A stretch of DNA of 64,000 bases. It comes from Bacteroidota bacterium (GTDB lineage: Bacteria; Bacteroidota; Bacteroidia; CAILMK01; JACPUW01). The stretch spans positions 6,322 to 70,321 of the forward strand of contig JACPUW010000030.1 of assembly GCA_016192035.1 (NCBI GenBank). The letters are read 5' to 3'. Positions within the stretch are counted from its first letter, which is position 1. Each line of letters starts with the position of its first letter. The notes beneath the pieces are model-generated. The model searched no databases. It saw nothing but the letters and a program-made list of their open reading frames with translations, and was not told the origin of the DNA. The translations under genes were made by a program, and so were the position numbers. Below are positions 1 through 8,956 of this stretch, in pieces.

Positions 1-733
1 ACTGGGCGGGGTTGACTGGAGCTCCTGCAGTTCCCGGCTAAAATCCCTAAGGCCCATATGCTGCATCACCCGCAATGCCCCCGCAATGCCCACATGGGTA
101 ATCTTCCGGTCCAGGTTCATGGATTTGCCGCCTTCAAAAAGCAATACCTTCTTGCCCATGCCCGTAAGGGCTTCCCTAAACGACTTGTCGCGGTTTTTGG
201 CGTGGAGTATAAACCTGGTGCCAAATACTTTGGCCATTTGCAGCGATTCGGGATCGCTGCTGTCCACCCGCACCTGGGTATAGTTAAACCGCCCTGCACC
301 ACCGGTATGGTAATCTATGCTGTAGTCTATGTAGGGAGCCACGTCATGAATGAGCGCGTGGGCAAACCGGCTGGCCAACGAGCCGTTTTCAGATCCGGGG
401 AATACCCGGTTTAGGTCGCGCCCATCAGGTAGGGAGCGCGTATTGTTGATAAAGCCAAAGATATTGACCACGGGTATGCAGATTACCATGCCCGCCTTGG
501 GCTTGTTATAGCCCTTGGCCACTATCTGCCTCACAATTTCCACCCCATTGGTCTCGTCGCCGTGTATGCCGGCGGTGAGCATCAGGCAGGGGCCATCCTT
601 GCGCCCCCGTTCTATGATTACAGGTACCTCAATCTTGGTACGGGTGTGCAATCGGGCTATGTCCAGGTTTATTACGGTGCGCTTTCCGGGCTTGATGTCG
701 GTGTTTAGTATGCGTATCTTGCTAATCGACATT
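1..733 (-). CDS. Succinylglutamate desuccinylase/aspartoacylase (AstE/AspA) family protein, 3'-truncated by the window edge. It is absent from the ORF track because no stop codon falls within the window.
   Basis: Manual reverse-complement translation from the ATG at 731-733 gives [67 protein letters not shown]..., an open frame to position 1. The HGDE zinc-ligand context is typical of the AstE/AspA family. The start overlaps the rimK stop by about 12 nt, as expected for an operon. Confidence 0.7.
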
Positions 734-1597
734 GCGTTCTATATACCTGATAATGGCGTTGGCTATGTTTTTTTCGGTGGCCCGCTCTATCCCCTCAAGA
801 CCGGGCGAAGAGTTTACTTCCATGATTTTGGGGCCATTCTTGGATTGGAGCATGTCAACCCCCGCTATGCCCAGGCCCATGACCTTGGCCGCCTTTAGGG
901 CGGTGTTTTCCTCCTCTTCGGTGAGCTCTATGGGGCTGGCCGTGCCGCCCCGGTGCAGGTTTGACCTAAACTCTCCTTCCTTGGCTTGGCGTTTCATGGC
1001 GGCCACCACTACCCCGTCCACCACAAATGCCCGTATATCACCCCCTTCGGCTTCCTTGATAAATTCTTGGACAATAACACGGACCTTTAAGCCTTGAAAG
1101 GCTTCCAATACCGACTCGGCGGCACTTTTGGTCTCGGCCAGCACCACCCCCATGCCCTGAGTGCCTTCCAACAGTTTTATCACACAGGGCGCCCCACCCA
1201 CCTGGCGTATCAATGCCGACACGTCTTTGGAATAATTGGTAAAGGCGGTTTTGGGAAGGCCCAAACCCGCGCGCGATAGGATCTGCAGGCTCCTGAGCTT
1301 GTCGCGGCTGCGCATAAGGGCTTGTGACTCGGTAGTGGTAAAGACTTTCATCATTTCAAACTGGCGCACCACGGCGGTGCCATAAAAGGTGACACTTGCG
1401 CCAATTCGGGGAATTACCGCGTCAATGCCCGTCACCTCGTGCCCCTTGTAAAAAATTTGGGGCTTTTTTCGCTCTATCACTATGTCGCACTTGGTGTGGT
1501 CTATCACCAGCATCTCATGGCCCCGTTGCTCGCCTACCTCCCGTATGCGCTGGGTGGAGTATAGCCTGGGATTTCTGGACAAGACAACTATTTTCAT
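722..1597 (-). CDS. rimK: RimK-family ATP-grasp ligase (ribosomal protein S6 glutamate ligase-like)
   Basis: The 305-aa ORF contains [10 protein letters not shown]...[10 protein letters not shown]...and ATP-grasp motifs ([25 protein letters not shown]). I chose the ATG at 1597 (MKIVVLS) rather than the ORF-track start at 1639. Confidence 0.85.
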   Translation of the reverse strand: MKIVVLSRNPRLYSTQRIREVGEQRGHEMLVIDHTKCDIVIERKKPQIFYKGHEVTGIDAVIPRIGASVTFYGTAVVRQFEMMKVFTTTESQALMRSRDKLRSLQILSRAGLGLPKTAFTNYSKDVSALIRQVGGAPCVIKLLEGTQGMGVVLAETKSAAESVLEAFQGLKVRVIVQEFIKEAEGGDIRAFVVDGVVVAAMKRQAKEGEFRSNLHRGGTASPIELTEEEENTALKAAKVMGLGIAGVDMLQSKNGPKIMEVNSSPGLEGIERATEKNIANAIIRYIERNVD

Positions 1598-1645
1598 GGA
1601 GGTAATTTGAGTGTGGGGCGCGGCTTGGCTTCGGTACAAATTTGC

Positions 1646-2116
1646 TTAGGCTTGGCATTTATGGCGGCTCATGCACGCTTTCTTTTTATATGAAAGGTTG
1701 GTGCGGGCGGTGTCAACCACAAACCGGCGGTTGAGCAAGTGACGGCCCAGCAGCACCGGATAGCGCATTTCCATCCGGTTGGTCAGTGACAACTCAATGG
1801 TAAATAGCGTGTTAAATAATAGAATGCGGGTTTCGAACACGTACCGTTCCTGGATGAGGCCATTGGAGCTTTTCACTAGCTTGGTTTTGTACTGCTCTAT
1901 GGTAAATTCCTTGTGGTTGTACTGGGAGTGCATGGGGTCAAGCAGCTGAAAACGTATAGCCCTAACGCCATTGTGGTCCACTTCCTCTATGTGGTCGCAA
2001 TGGATGGCGCAGCCAAAAGCACCGGTATCCACCTTTACGTCCAGGTCCACCAAATCAAGGTCTGGAAAATCTATCTTGTCAACTCGGCCAATGGTGGTTC
2101 GGGCTATTCTTGGCAT
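1646..2116 (-). CDS. RimK-associated putative ATP-dependent zinc protease / retropepsin-like protein (COG4067-like)
   Basis: About 157 aa from MPRIARTTIGRVDKIDFPDLDLVDLDVKVDTGA.... The DTGA aspartyl-protease-like motif and its position immediately upstream of rimK on the same strand match the conserved rimK-associated gene. Confidence 0.6.
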   Translation of the reverse strand: MPRIARTTIGRVDKIDFPDLDLVDLDVKVDTGAFGCAIHCDHIEEVDHNGVRAIRFQLLDPMHSQYNHKEFTIEQYKTKLVKSSNGLIQERYVFETRILLFNTLFTIELSLTNRMEMRYPVLLGRHLLNRRFVVDTARTNLSYKKKACMSRHKCQA

Positions 2117-2283
2117 AGGGCGGAAGGGCTGATGCTGCGGGCTAAGGTAATGTCTGTACAAAACGGGGAAACTTAGGTAAGCGGAAATTTCATGGAATGG
2201 TGAAATGGAATTATGGATACCTAGGGCTGGCTGCCCCGTTTTATGTATTCACATACTGATATTTACATCCTGATCAATGGGCC

Positions 2284-2865
2284 TCAGCAATTGCGGTATT
2301 TATGGTGTAGGCCCTGTCCTTGCAGGATCATGACCTTGCATTTTTCCAGGCGTTGGGCCCTGGTACTTGCTTGTTTGGCCCCGCCTATGTGCTCGGCGTA
2401 TTCCTTGCGCTTGCCGGGGCTTAGGGCCTTGAATGCCGCGTGCAGCAAAGGGTCTTCCAGGGCTGTCTCCAATTCCAATGGCATGGCCACCTTTTTGGCC
2501 TGAGGGGTAATTTCAAGTCCTTTTGATTGATTGTGAGCCGCTTCAAAAACATATGCCCGAATGCTTTCCAGGTCCAGTGGCTCACCGGCCTTAAACCGCC
2601 ACTGCCTGAGCCCGCGTGTCTTGCCCTCACCGGCATTGGTAAGCACGCCCAAGGGATCACTTAGAAATACCCCTTGATGAAACCACATGGCATAGTGCTG
2701 GCTAAATCCCATTAAGCCGATAACATTCTTGCCACTGACCGTATAGTGAGGGGCTCCCCATTTCATGCATTCGTTGAGCCCGCATGACAGTATAGTGGCC
2801 CGCAGGGTTTCCAACTCGGTTTTCCAGGGCGATTCCAAGATATAGGCATCAGTGGTAGCGGGCAT
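2284..2865 (-). CDS. YdeI/OmpD-associated (DUF1801-like) family protein
   Basis: ORF with MPATTDAYILESPWKTELETLRAIL... The ORF-track start is at 2949, but a 29-codon N-extension is unlikely, so I chose 2865. This is a family-level call from sequence memory only. Confidence 0.5.
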   Translation of the reverse strand: MPATTDAYILESPWKTELETLRATILSCGLNECMKWGAPHYTVSGKNVIGLMGFSQHYAMWFHQGVFLSDPLGVLTNAGEGKTRGLRQWRFKAGEPLDLESIRAYVFEAAHNQSKGLEITPQAKKVAMPLELETALEDPLLHAAFKALSPGKRKEYAEHIGGAKQASTRAQRLEKCKVMILQGQGLHHKYRNC

Positions 2866-3110
2866 GTTTGTGTTTGACTTGGTTCGGTGGAGCCAAAAGT
2901 AGCAAAATGGATTGGCCAAGTGTATGGCATGAACATGCTGATTCACCAATCGATGACCTATGTAGATGAGCTAAAGGGCTAGGCCATATAGGTTTTAATG
3001 TGGCAGATGGAAAGCCAGGCTGGTTTAGTGCGCCCAAGTGGAAGGAGGATGGATTTTTGAGGTGCGTACTTTTGCCTAGAAACCGCATAGATGCTTAGGC
3101 AATTCCACCC

Positions 3111-3608
3111 ATGAAACTGGATGATTGGCATATAAAACTTTTGGAGTCGCTGGCCCTGGTGCTGGCTATAGCCATGCTCCGTATGCTGGTGCGCCGGGTA
3201 GTGGTGCGCAGGCTTTTGGCAGCCAACTTTGGCCATGAGCGACGGGTCATTGCCTCGCGGGCTTTCAATATCTTGTACGTGGTCATAGCCCTGGCCATAT
3301 TGGCCGCTATTTGGGGCTTGGAAGGAAAACAGGTCTTGGCCTTTGCCGCGTCCATCCTCGCCGTGGTGGGAATTGGTTTTTTTGCGCAGTGGTCCCTGTT
3401 GTCTAACATTACCGCCGGGCTGATCCTGTACTTTGGACACCCCATGAAGATAGGCGACCACATTACCATACTTGACGGCGAAAACACCCTGAACGGCACG
3501 GTGGAAGACATTTCCTTGTTTTTTATTTTCGTAAAAAGCAAGGATGGGGTTACCTATACCATGCCCAATAGCGTGGCCATTCAGAAAACCATAACCATAC
3601 ACAAATAG
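3111..3608 (+). CDS. Small mechanosensitive ion channel (MscS) family protein
   Basis: 165 aa with three TM helices followed by a beta-rich C-terminus (PMKIGDHITILDGENTLNGTVEDISLFFI), which is the MscS pore and beta-domain signature. Confidence 0.7.
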   Translation: MKLDDWHIKLLESLALVLAIAMLRMLVRRVVVRRLLAANFGHERRVIASRAFNILYVVIALAILAAIWGLEGKQVLAFAASILAVVGIGFFAQWSLLSNITAGLILYFGHPMKIGDHITILDGENTLNGTVEDISLFFIFVKSKDGVTYTMPNSVAIQKTITIHK

Positions 3609-3658
3609 GAAAGGTGATGGAGGCAGTTAGTGCAGGCCCTTTTTTGGGTTTTATGGGG

Positions 3659-4276
3659 TTATTTCAGGGCATCCAGCAGTTGTTTCACTGATGCCCTCTG
3701 GGCATAATCATAGTTGAAATGCCTAAATGCAATACGGCCGTCTTGGGAAATGACATAAGTGGCCGGAACAGGTAGCTGGGCTTGGGCCTGTTCATTGTGC
3801 GCGCCAATATCGGTGAACAGGAATCGCTTGATTTTCTTGTTGTACGCCTCGGTAACAGTAAAGAGCACATCATAAGATTGCATGATGCGCCCGGCGCTAT
3901 CGGCCAAGAAGGTAAACCCCGCCTTTACCTTGTTGTCCATTTTTTCCATTTCTTCCTTATTCTCAGGACTTACCACCACTATGTCCACGTTTTTTTCCAG
4001 TAGGAATGCAAAAGAGTCGCTCAGATTTGACAAGTACCGATTGCAGTAAGGGCACCAGTTGCCCCGGTAAAAAATTAAGATTACTTGTTTGTTTTCCAAG
4101 GTGTTTGACAGGGAAAAACGGCTACCGGCCCAGGTAGCCCCTTCAAACAAAGGGGCTGGGCTACCCACGCGCAACCCCATGGGGGTATAGAGGGTGTCCA
4201 TGCCGTACTTGGCAAAATCTTGTGCCCATAGGGCATGGGATACCAGTGTTATCATGGCGATCAAAGTAAAGCGCAT
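3659..4276 (-). CDS. Redoxin / AhpC-TSA family thioredoxin-fold protein (peroxiredoxin-like), secreted
   Basis: The WCPYC active-site motif in FYRGNWCPYCNRYL and an N-terminal signal peptide (MRFTLIAMITLVSHALWAQ). The ORF-track start at 4333 would add 19 aa. Confidence 0.7.
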   Translation of the reverse strand: MRFTLIAMITLVSHALWAQDFAKYGMDTLYTPMGLRVGSPAPLFEGATWAGSRFSLSNTLENKQVILIFYRGNWCPYCNRYLSNLSDSFAFLLEKNVDIVVVSPENKEEMEKMDNKVKAGFTFLADSAGRIMQSYDVLFTVTEAYNKKIKRFLFTDIGAHNEQAQAQLPVPATYVISQDGRIAFRHFNYDYAQRASVKQLLDALK

Positions 4277-4383
4277 ACTCAAGGCGTAATATGGCAGGGC
4301 TAACCGTCCAAGCGTTTTAATAGTTTCACTCAAGGCCCATTATTGGCTCAGCCCCTTTTCCTTCAAGGAGGTATCACTAGGCA

Positions 4384-6158
4384 TCAAAGGGGCGGCTGGT
4401 TGGGTATGTCCACCGTTACTATGGTGCCCATGCCAGTGGTAGATTGCATGTCAATACGCCCACAGAGGGTCTTAATGGACTCACTCACTATATATAGGCC
4501 TAAGCCCGAACCTTTGGAGTGAATGGATGCGCGGTAAAACATTTGAAAGACTTTGCCCAGGTGTGCCGACTCTATGCCCAACCCGTTGTCGGCCACTTCT
4601 ATAATAATTCTATCGTTCATTACCCCGGTTTTTACGGCCACATATGGGTTTGGTTTTTTTGGGTCTCCATATTTTAGTGCGTTGGAAATTAAATTATTGA
4701 GCACTACCATGATGCGGCGTTTGTCGGTGTGGGCTATTGGGTTGCCATGGTCCAGGGCTATTTTCTCCACACGTGAACCATAGGCAAACTCCAGATCGGC
4801 AAAGACATCTTGGACAAGGTGTTTCAGGTTCACTTCTCCCACTACCACCTTTAGCCGGGTATTTCGCGAGTAGTCCAGTATGTCATGTATGAACCGGTCA
4901 AGCCTTTTAAGGCTCTGTTCCATCATATGGTACAGTCCGGGAAGCTTATTCGGGTTATCTTCCAGTTTTACCAGTTCTACGAGTCCCATATCCGAGGTGA
5001 GCGGAGCCCGCAGGTCATGGGATATGCTATATACAAACTGGTCAAGCTCGCGGTTGACCTGTTGTAAATCTTGATTTTGCTTTTCAAGTGTGCCTGAGTT
5101 TCGTATGCTCAGGTCCATTTGCTCCTTAAGCTGGCCAAACACCTTTTAAATGATTCATACAGCTCTTTCATTTCGCTCGATGCGTTTTTTATGCCGTTTT
5201 CTAAGGCATCTTCCCCATGCACGGGTACCTTGCTGATGCGCTGCACCAGATCTTGGATAGGTTTGGCACGCCGCCGCGCAAAATAGAGGCTTAGTGTCAC
5301 CCCAAAGGCCAGGGCTAAAAACATGGTGCCATAGTACATTGTTTCAAGCACCACGCTTCGGGCTTGGCTGCTATCGGTGTAGTTTTCTATCAAGCGGTCC
5401 ACGCCCGAAAGGAACTGTTTGCCCTTCAGGTCCAGGTCGTGTGCCAAGCCCTGGCCGCTTATGGATCCCAGTTCATTGGTTATGCCCACAAGTTTCCTGA
5501 AATACTTGCGGTACTTTCTAAGTAGTTCTATTTCAATTTTATTGACTAGGGAATCACGTCCCAATGACTGGAGTAAGGAGGCGGAAAGCAGCTCGTGGCG
5601 CTCTACGTAATAGTTGGATTGGCGTATGATAAAGTCCTTTTCATGGCGGCGGAGCTGGAGCACGGATTCCTTGTTCACGTTTAGCCCTGGATTGTTTTCT
5701 ATTTCGTGTATGTGGCGGCGCATGTCGCCTTCTATGCCGTAGTCCTTAAACCCTTTGCGCCTAATGTTTTGCTCTACTTGCACAAACAGGTCTTGATGTT
5801 GCCGGGCCAAGACAAAAAGGCTGTCGAGAAGCCGAATCTGGGAGATGCCCAGGGGGTGTTCTTTGAGCTTGTTAAGATTGGAAACCAGTGCTTTGTTGTG
5901 GTAAAGGCTGCTGGCCACATAGCTGCTGGTGCCGTAACGGTGGTAGTTCTCATTTCGGCTATCGGTTAACATAAAGGCCTGTTGATTAAGCAATAATTGA
6001 TTGCACTCCAACTCAGTTTCCCTACAGAGCGATTCAAACTGTGCCTGGCGCTCAGCGTTTTTGCCGATCAGCGAAAAAAGGATAAATACCGTTATGAATA
6101 CCACGTTTACCGCCAGATAACTGGATAGCAACTGCGACCGGAAAGACTTGCCAAACAT
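4384..6158 (-). pseudogene. Sensor histidine kinase split by a -1 frameshift. The sensor/TM/HAMP-like part lies at 5109-6158 and the HisKA plus HATPase_c part at 4384-5142. It is either a pseudogene or a sequencing error.
   Basis: Both ORFs are on the minus strand and together form a complete kinase: two TM helices flanking a periplasmic domain of about 270 aa, then a coiled coil, then the H-box (SISHDLRAPL) and N/G boxes (NLISNALKYG, DNGLGI, GSGLGLYIV). The first frame ends ...ESFKRCLASLRSKWT*. The second begins at a GTG directly after an in-frame TAA. Restoring one A in the A4 run at about 5143-5147 (a T4 run on the plus strand) gives a continuous ...ELYESFKKVFGQLKEQMDL.... Confidence 0.6.
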
Positions 6159-6345
6159 AGGGAACGCGCTTTGGGCATCAATTTTAGTTGCCAGGTATAG
6201 GCTGAATATTACCCTTGGGTTACCTTCTGTGAAAAACAGACCAATGCAGCAATGGGTCTGGCACTGTTCCGGGCATACATGGAGGTATTCGGGGCTTAGC
6301 CCAGCTAGCCTTAGATGAAGTATCCAAATGGCAACTCCACTTGAT

Positions 6346-6599
6346 TTACAGGTATTTTAACAATAGCCGAATGCCCACGAAAAGCACCAGGGCAGCGGTA
6401 ATGAGCCTGATTTGACCAGGGCGCAGCATTTGGTTTTTGATGCGCGCACCGAGCCATCCGCCCAGGGCCACCGGCACCAGCACGGCAAACAATAAACCCA
6501 GTTGGAGCTCAAAACGCTGGGTAGCCACCAGTCCTGCCAATCCCGCCAGGGAATTCACCAGGATAAAGAACCCCGCCAGGCTGGCTATTTCCCTGGGCT
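6346..6599 (-). pseudogene. 3' fragment of a TauE/SafE family exporter gene, covering only the C-terminal ~85 aa
   Basis: Its translation PREIASLAGFFILVNSLAGLAGLVATQRFELQLGLLFAVLVPVALGGWLGARIKNQMLRPGQIRLITAALVLFVGIRLLLKYL is near-identical to the C-terminus of the intact TauE gene at 8957-9712. The upstream part of the ORF-track ORF (MVCVFLMLRFDTFLE) has no homology. Confidence 0.7.
6360..6599. repeat. Direct repeat copy A, the duplicated 3' end of the TauE gene
   Basis: Aligned by eye to 8972-9210. The 140-bp core (6460-6599 versus 9071-9210) has 3 mismatches. The roughly 100 bp nearest the stop codon is about 80% identical. Confidence 0.75.
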
Positions 6600-6724
6600 C
6601 TAGGAAAGTGTCAAAGCGCAGCATTAAGAAAACACAAACCATTTGGTACCGTCATGTATTTTTTAATCGTTTTGAACCATAGTTCGTTTAGACGAAGTAT
6701 ATTCGCACGTTAAAAAACATATAC

Positions 6725-7261
6725 ATGAGCAAGAAACATTTTTTAATCTATTTGTTAACTGCATCGGTTTCAATGGTAATTTTGACACAATGCAACGAAC
6801 TCGATGTGGAGTTTGAGCTTAAAGGAGACAAGGCTAATCCAGGGCCTCGGCGTTTATCTATGATACCAGGAACAAACTTTTATTATATGATCATAGATGG
6901 TGGAGAAGACCCGGTTTCGGACCCAAACCCTTCTGAAGATGGAGATTTCGATTGCAAAACAGCTAAAGGTGGAAATTGTCTGGAAGTGACGGTATGGGGA
7001 TTGGTTGCCTACGATGGTTTAATTGATGCGATTAATAACAGTGAAACCCACGTGTATTTTTCTGACCCGGAGGAGCCATATTTTGACATTTTTTCCGATT
7101 CGGCTTTTTTGTACTTCTTGCCACAGCTCCAAACAGGCGACCTAATAATGATAAAGGCCAACAACGACGCGTTTTGTGTGGTTAACAACACCTACGACCC
7201 AATAGAAACGGGATGGAATGAGGACAGTATCTTGTTCGCTTATCCATATGAATTTGAATAG
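6725..7261 (+). CDS. Hypothetical secreted protein or lipoprotein (178 aa)
   Basis: N-terminal signal peptide MSKKHFLIYLLTASVSMVILTQC and an acidic, Asp/Pro-rich mature region. It overlaps the next ORF by 14 nt. I recognised no family. Confidence 0.5.
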   Translation: MSKKHFLIYLLTASVSMVILTQCNELDVEFELKGDKANPGPRRLSMIPGTNFYYMIIDGGEDPVSDPNPSEDGDFDCKTAKGGNCLEVTVWGLVAYDGLIDAINNSETHVYFSDPEEPYFDIFSDSAFLYFLPQLQTGDLIMIKANNDAFCVVNNTYDPIETGWNEDSILFAYPYEFE

Positions 7262-8498
7262 ATTGTTGTCATTGAAGCTCATTGTGCCTGTATTTGCATT
7301 ATTCCTGCTCATACAAGGCAGGTGTTCCCACCTCAAATATCTCAAACCACAGAAGGGTGAATTGACCTTAAAGGATTCCATTTTCTATCAAAAAAGGGAC
7401 ATTCAGCCATCGTTTTTGGGATACCGTACTTTTGATTCTGTGGACTTTAGGTTTGAGTACTTTAGTAATGAAAATTCACTTTTCATCATCAACCTTGACA
7501 CGTACGATACCACCTTTATTGAATTGCCGGAAGGCTATTTTGTAAAGGCAGGTCAGGTGGATTTTTTAGACGAAAGCACCGTGGTCTATCAACATACACC
7601 CGAGCCCGGGATAGCTGAAAGCGTGTTGAGATTAAGCATAATAAAATCCAATGGGGAGGTGTACCAAGTGCTTGACACATTTGATATTCTTAATGAGATG
7701 CGTTATATATGTTATGCCTTTTACTATAATCTGAATCCTATCCGTTGCTTTGGGAACCATGTTTTTGTTCCTGTTTTGGTCAAGAAAAAGGGCGAAAACG
7801 GTTGGAGAAACCCCTTTGTGCAGCAGCCGGACGGGAAGCCCAAAGGGCCTCCCTGCGAGCTGCATTACTTGTGGGATAAACAGAACAAAAAGCTCATATA
7901 TAAGGGGGTAATTGGCAGCTATCCCATCCACTATGTGCATAAAGAGCATGCAGTAACCGGGCATTTCCGAAATTACTTTGTGGACGAAAAGGGGGATTCA
8001 CTTACCGTCCAGAGCTTTGGTGAATGCGATACGGTGTTTATCTATGCCCTCAATGGCTCGCTGAGGGGAACGGCTGTGGTGGGCAGGTCCCAATCCGGCG
8101 ATTTCCCAAAGGATACCTTTAATCAAGATCTCAACATTCAGTTTGAACGCTTTATATTGCACAAGTCTTACCGGAATATCTGGGCGGATGCCAAGGGCAT
8201 ATACCGCCGGGTAACCTACCCAACACCCATAGAGAAGGACGAGATAAGAAAACGGACCATTAGGGAAAAACGGGGAGCCATACTGGCGGCCTGGTATGAC
8301 CCCAAGACCAATGCCTACTCAGAAGCGATAGAATATGCCTGGGCGACCAAAAGGGAAGAAACCCCAGAGTATTACGGATACCATGGCCTCTATATTCAAA
8401 GCAGAACTTATGTGCTCAAGGACGGTACCTTTTCTACTTATTTCAATCGCTATACTCTCTGCCTGCCACAGCCGGGTACAGAGAAAAAGGGACATTAG
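7248..8498 (+). CDS. Hypothetical secreted protein (about 416 aa)
   Basis: Signal-like N-terminus MNLNRLLSLKLIVPVFALFLLIQGRCS at the ATG at 7248. The ORF-track start is 7218. It is a long open frame in the AT-rich island, and its C-terminal 89 nt overlap the next gene in another frame. Confidence 0.5.
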   Translation: MNLNRLLSLKLIVPVFALFLLIQGRCSHLKYLKPQKGELTLKDSIFYQKRDIQPSFLGYRTFDSVDFRFEYFSNENSLFIINLDTYDTTFIELPEGYFVKAGQVDFLDESTVVYQHTPEPGIAESVLRLSIIKSNGEVYQVLDTFDILNEMRYICYAFYYNLNPIRCFGNHVFVPVLVKKKGENGWRNPFVQQPDGKPKGPPCELHYLWDKQNKKLIYKGVIGSYPIHYVHKEHAVTGHFRNYFVDEKGDSLTVQSFGECDTVFIYALNGSLRGTAVVGRSQSGDFPKDTFNQDLNIQFERFILHKSYRNIWADAKGIYRRVTYPTPIEKDEIRKRTIREKRGAILAAWYDPKTNAYSEAIEYAWATKREETPEYYGYHGLYIQSRTYVLKDGTFSTYFNRYTLCLPQPGTEKKGH

Positions 8499-8877
8499 TG
8501 CAAATGAGAGGGTTTTCAATGCCTATCTCATCAATGAGCACCAAAGGGCACCAGAAGATGACGGGTATTACCTCATCATACCAGCCATGCACTGTGGCTC
8601 ATGCGTAAATTCATTACTGCCCGCCATGCAGGGTTTCAATCTCTGCCCATTAACGTATATAGCGATTAAGGCGCTTGATATGAAAGGGATATGCGAAAAC
8701 GTGGGTTATCTACACGCCACAAGAAAAATCAATACTTATAATATGCCACTCCATAGCATCGCTCTTATACGGTACCACGATGGTAAAATGCGCTACCTAC
8801 ACAGTTTCCAGCATTTTGAAGATGCCATGCTAAAGGCTGAACTCCAAAGCCTAACGAAGGATCCATCTGCAAAATAG
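8410..8877 (+). CDS. Hypothetical lipoprotein with a CxxC motif (about 155 aa)
   Basis: Canonical lipoprotein signal MCSRTVPFLLISIAILSAC (LSAC lipobox), and a CGSC motif in IIPAMHCGSCVNSLLP that suggests a thioredoxin-like or metal-binding site. The ORF-track start at 8335 (MPGRPKGKK...) is rejected as a non-signal extension. Confidence 0.5.
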   Translation: MCSRTVPFLLISIAILSACHSRVQRKRDISANERVFNAYLINEHQRAPEDDGYYLIIPAMHCGSCVNSLLPAMQGFNLCPLTYIAIKALDMKGICENVGYLHATRKINTYNMPLHSIALIRYHDGKMRYLHSFQHFEDAMLKAELQSLTKDPSAK

Positions 8878-8956
8878 TATGGAGCAATGGGCCAGAACCA
8901 GAACGTTTTACTAGCTATGGGCAATGCCCCATCCATGGCATGGCTTACCAAATGGC

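Noticed and set aside
58-898. Plus-strand ORFs 58-414, 86-283 and 515-898 at the left edge
   Set aside because: They lie antisense within a continuous minus-strand reading frame. That frame encodes a clear AstE/AspA-family protein, and it is missing from the ORF track only because it lacks an in-window stop.
5109-5142. Treating the two histidine-kinase ORFs as separate overlapping genes
   Set aside because: Neither half is a plausible stand-alone protein, and one restored base gives a seamless single kinase. I call it a frameshift instead.
8335-8409. N-terminal extension MPGRPKGKKPQSITDTMASIFKAEL of the island lipoprotein
   Set aside because: It is basic and non-hydrophobic. The downstream Met begins a canonical lipoprotein signal with an LSAC lipobox.
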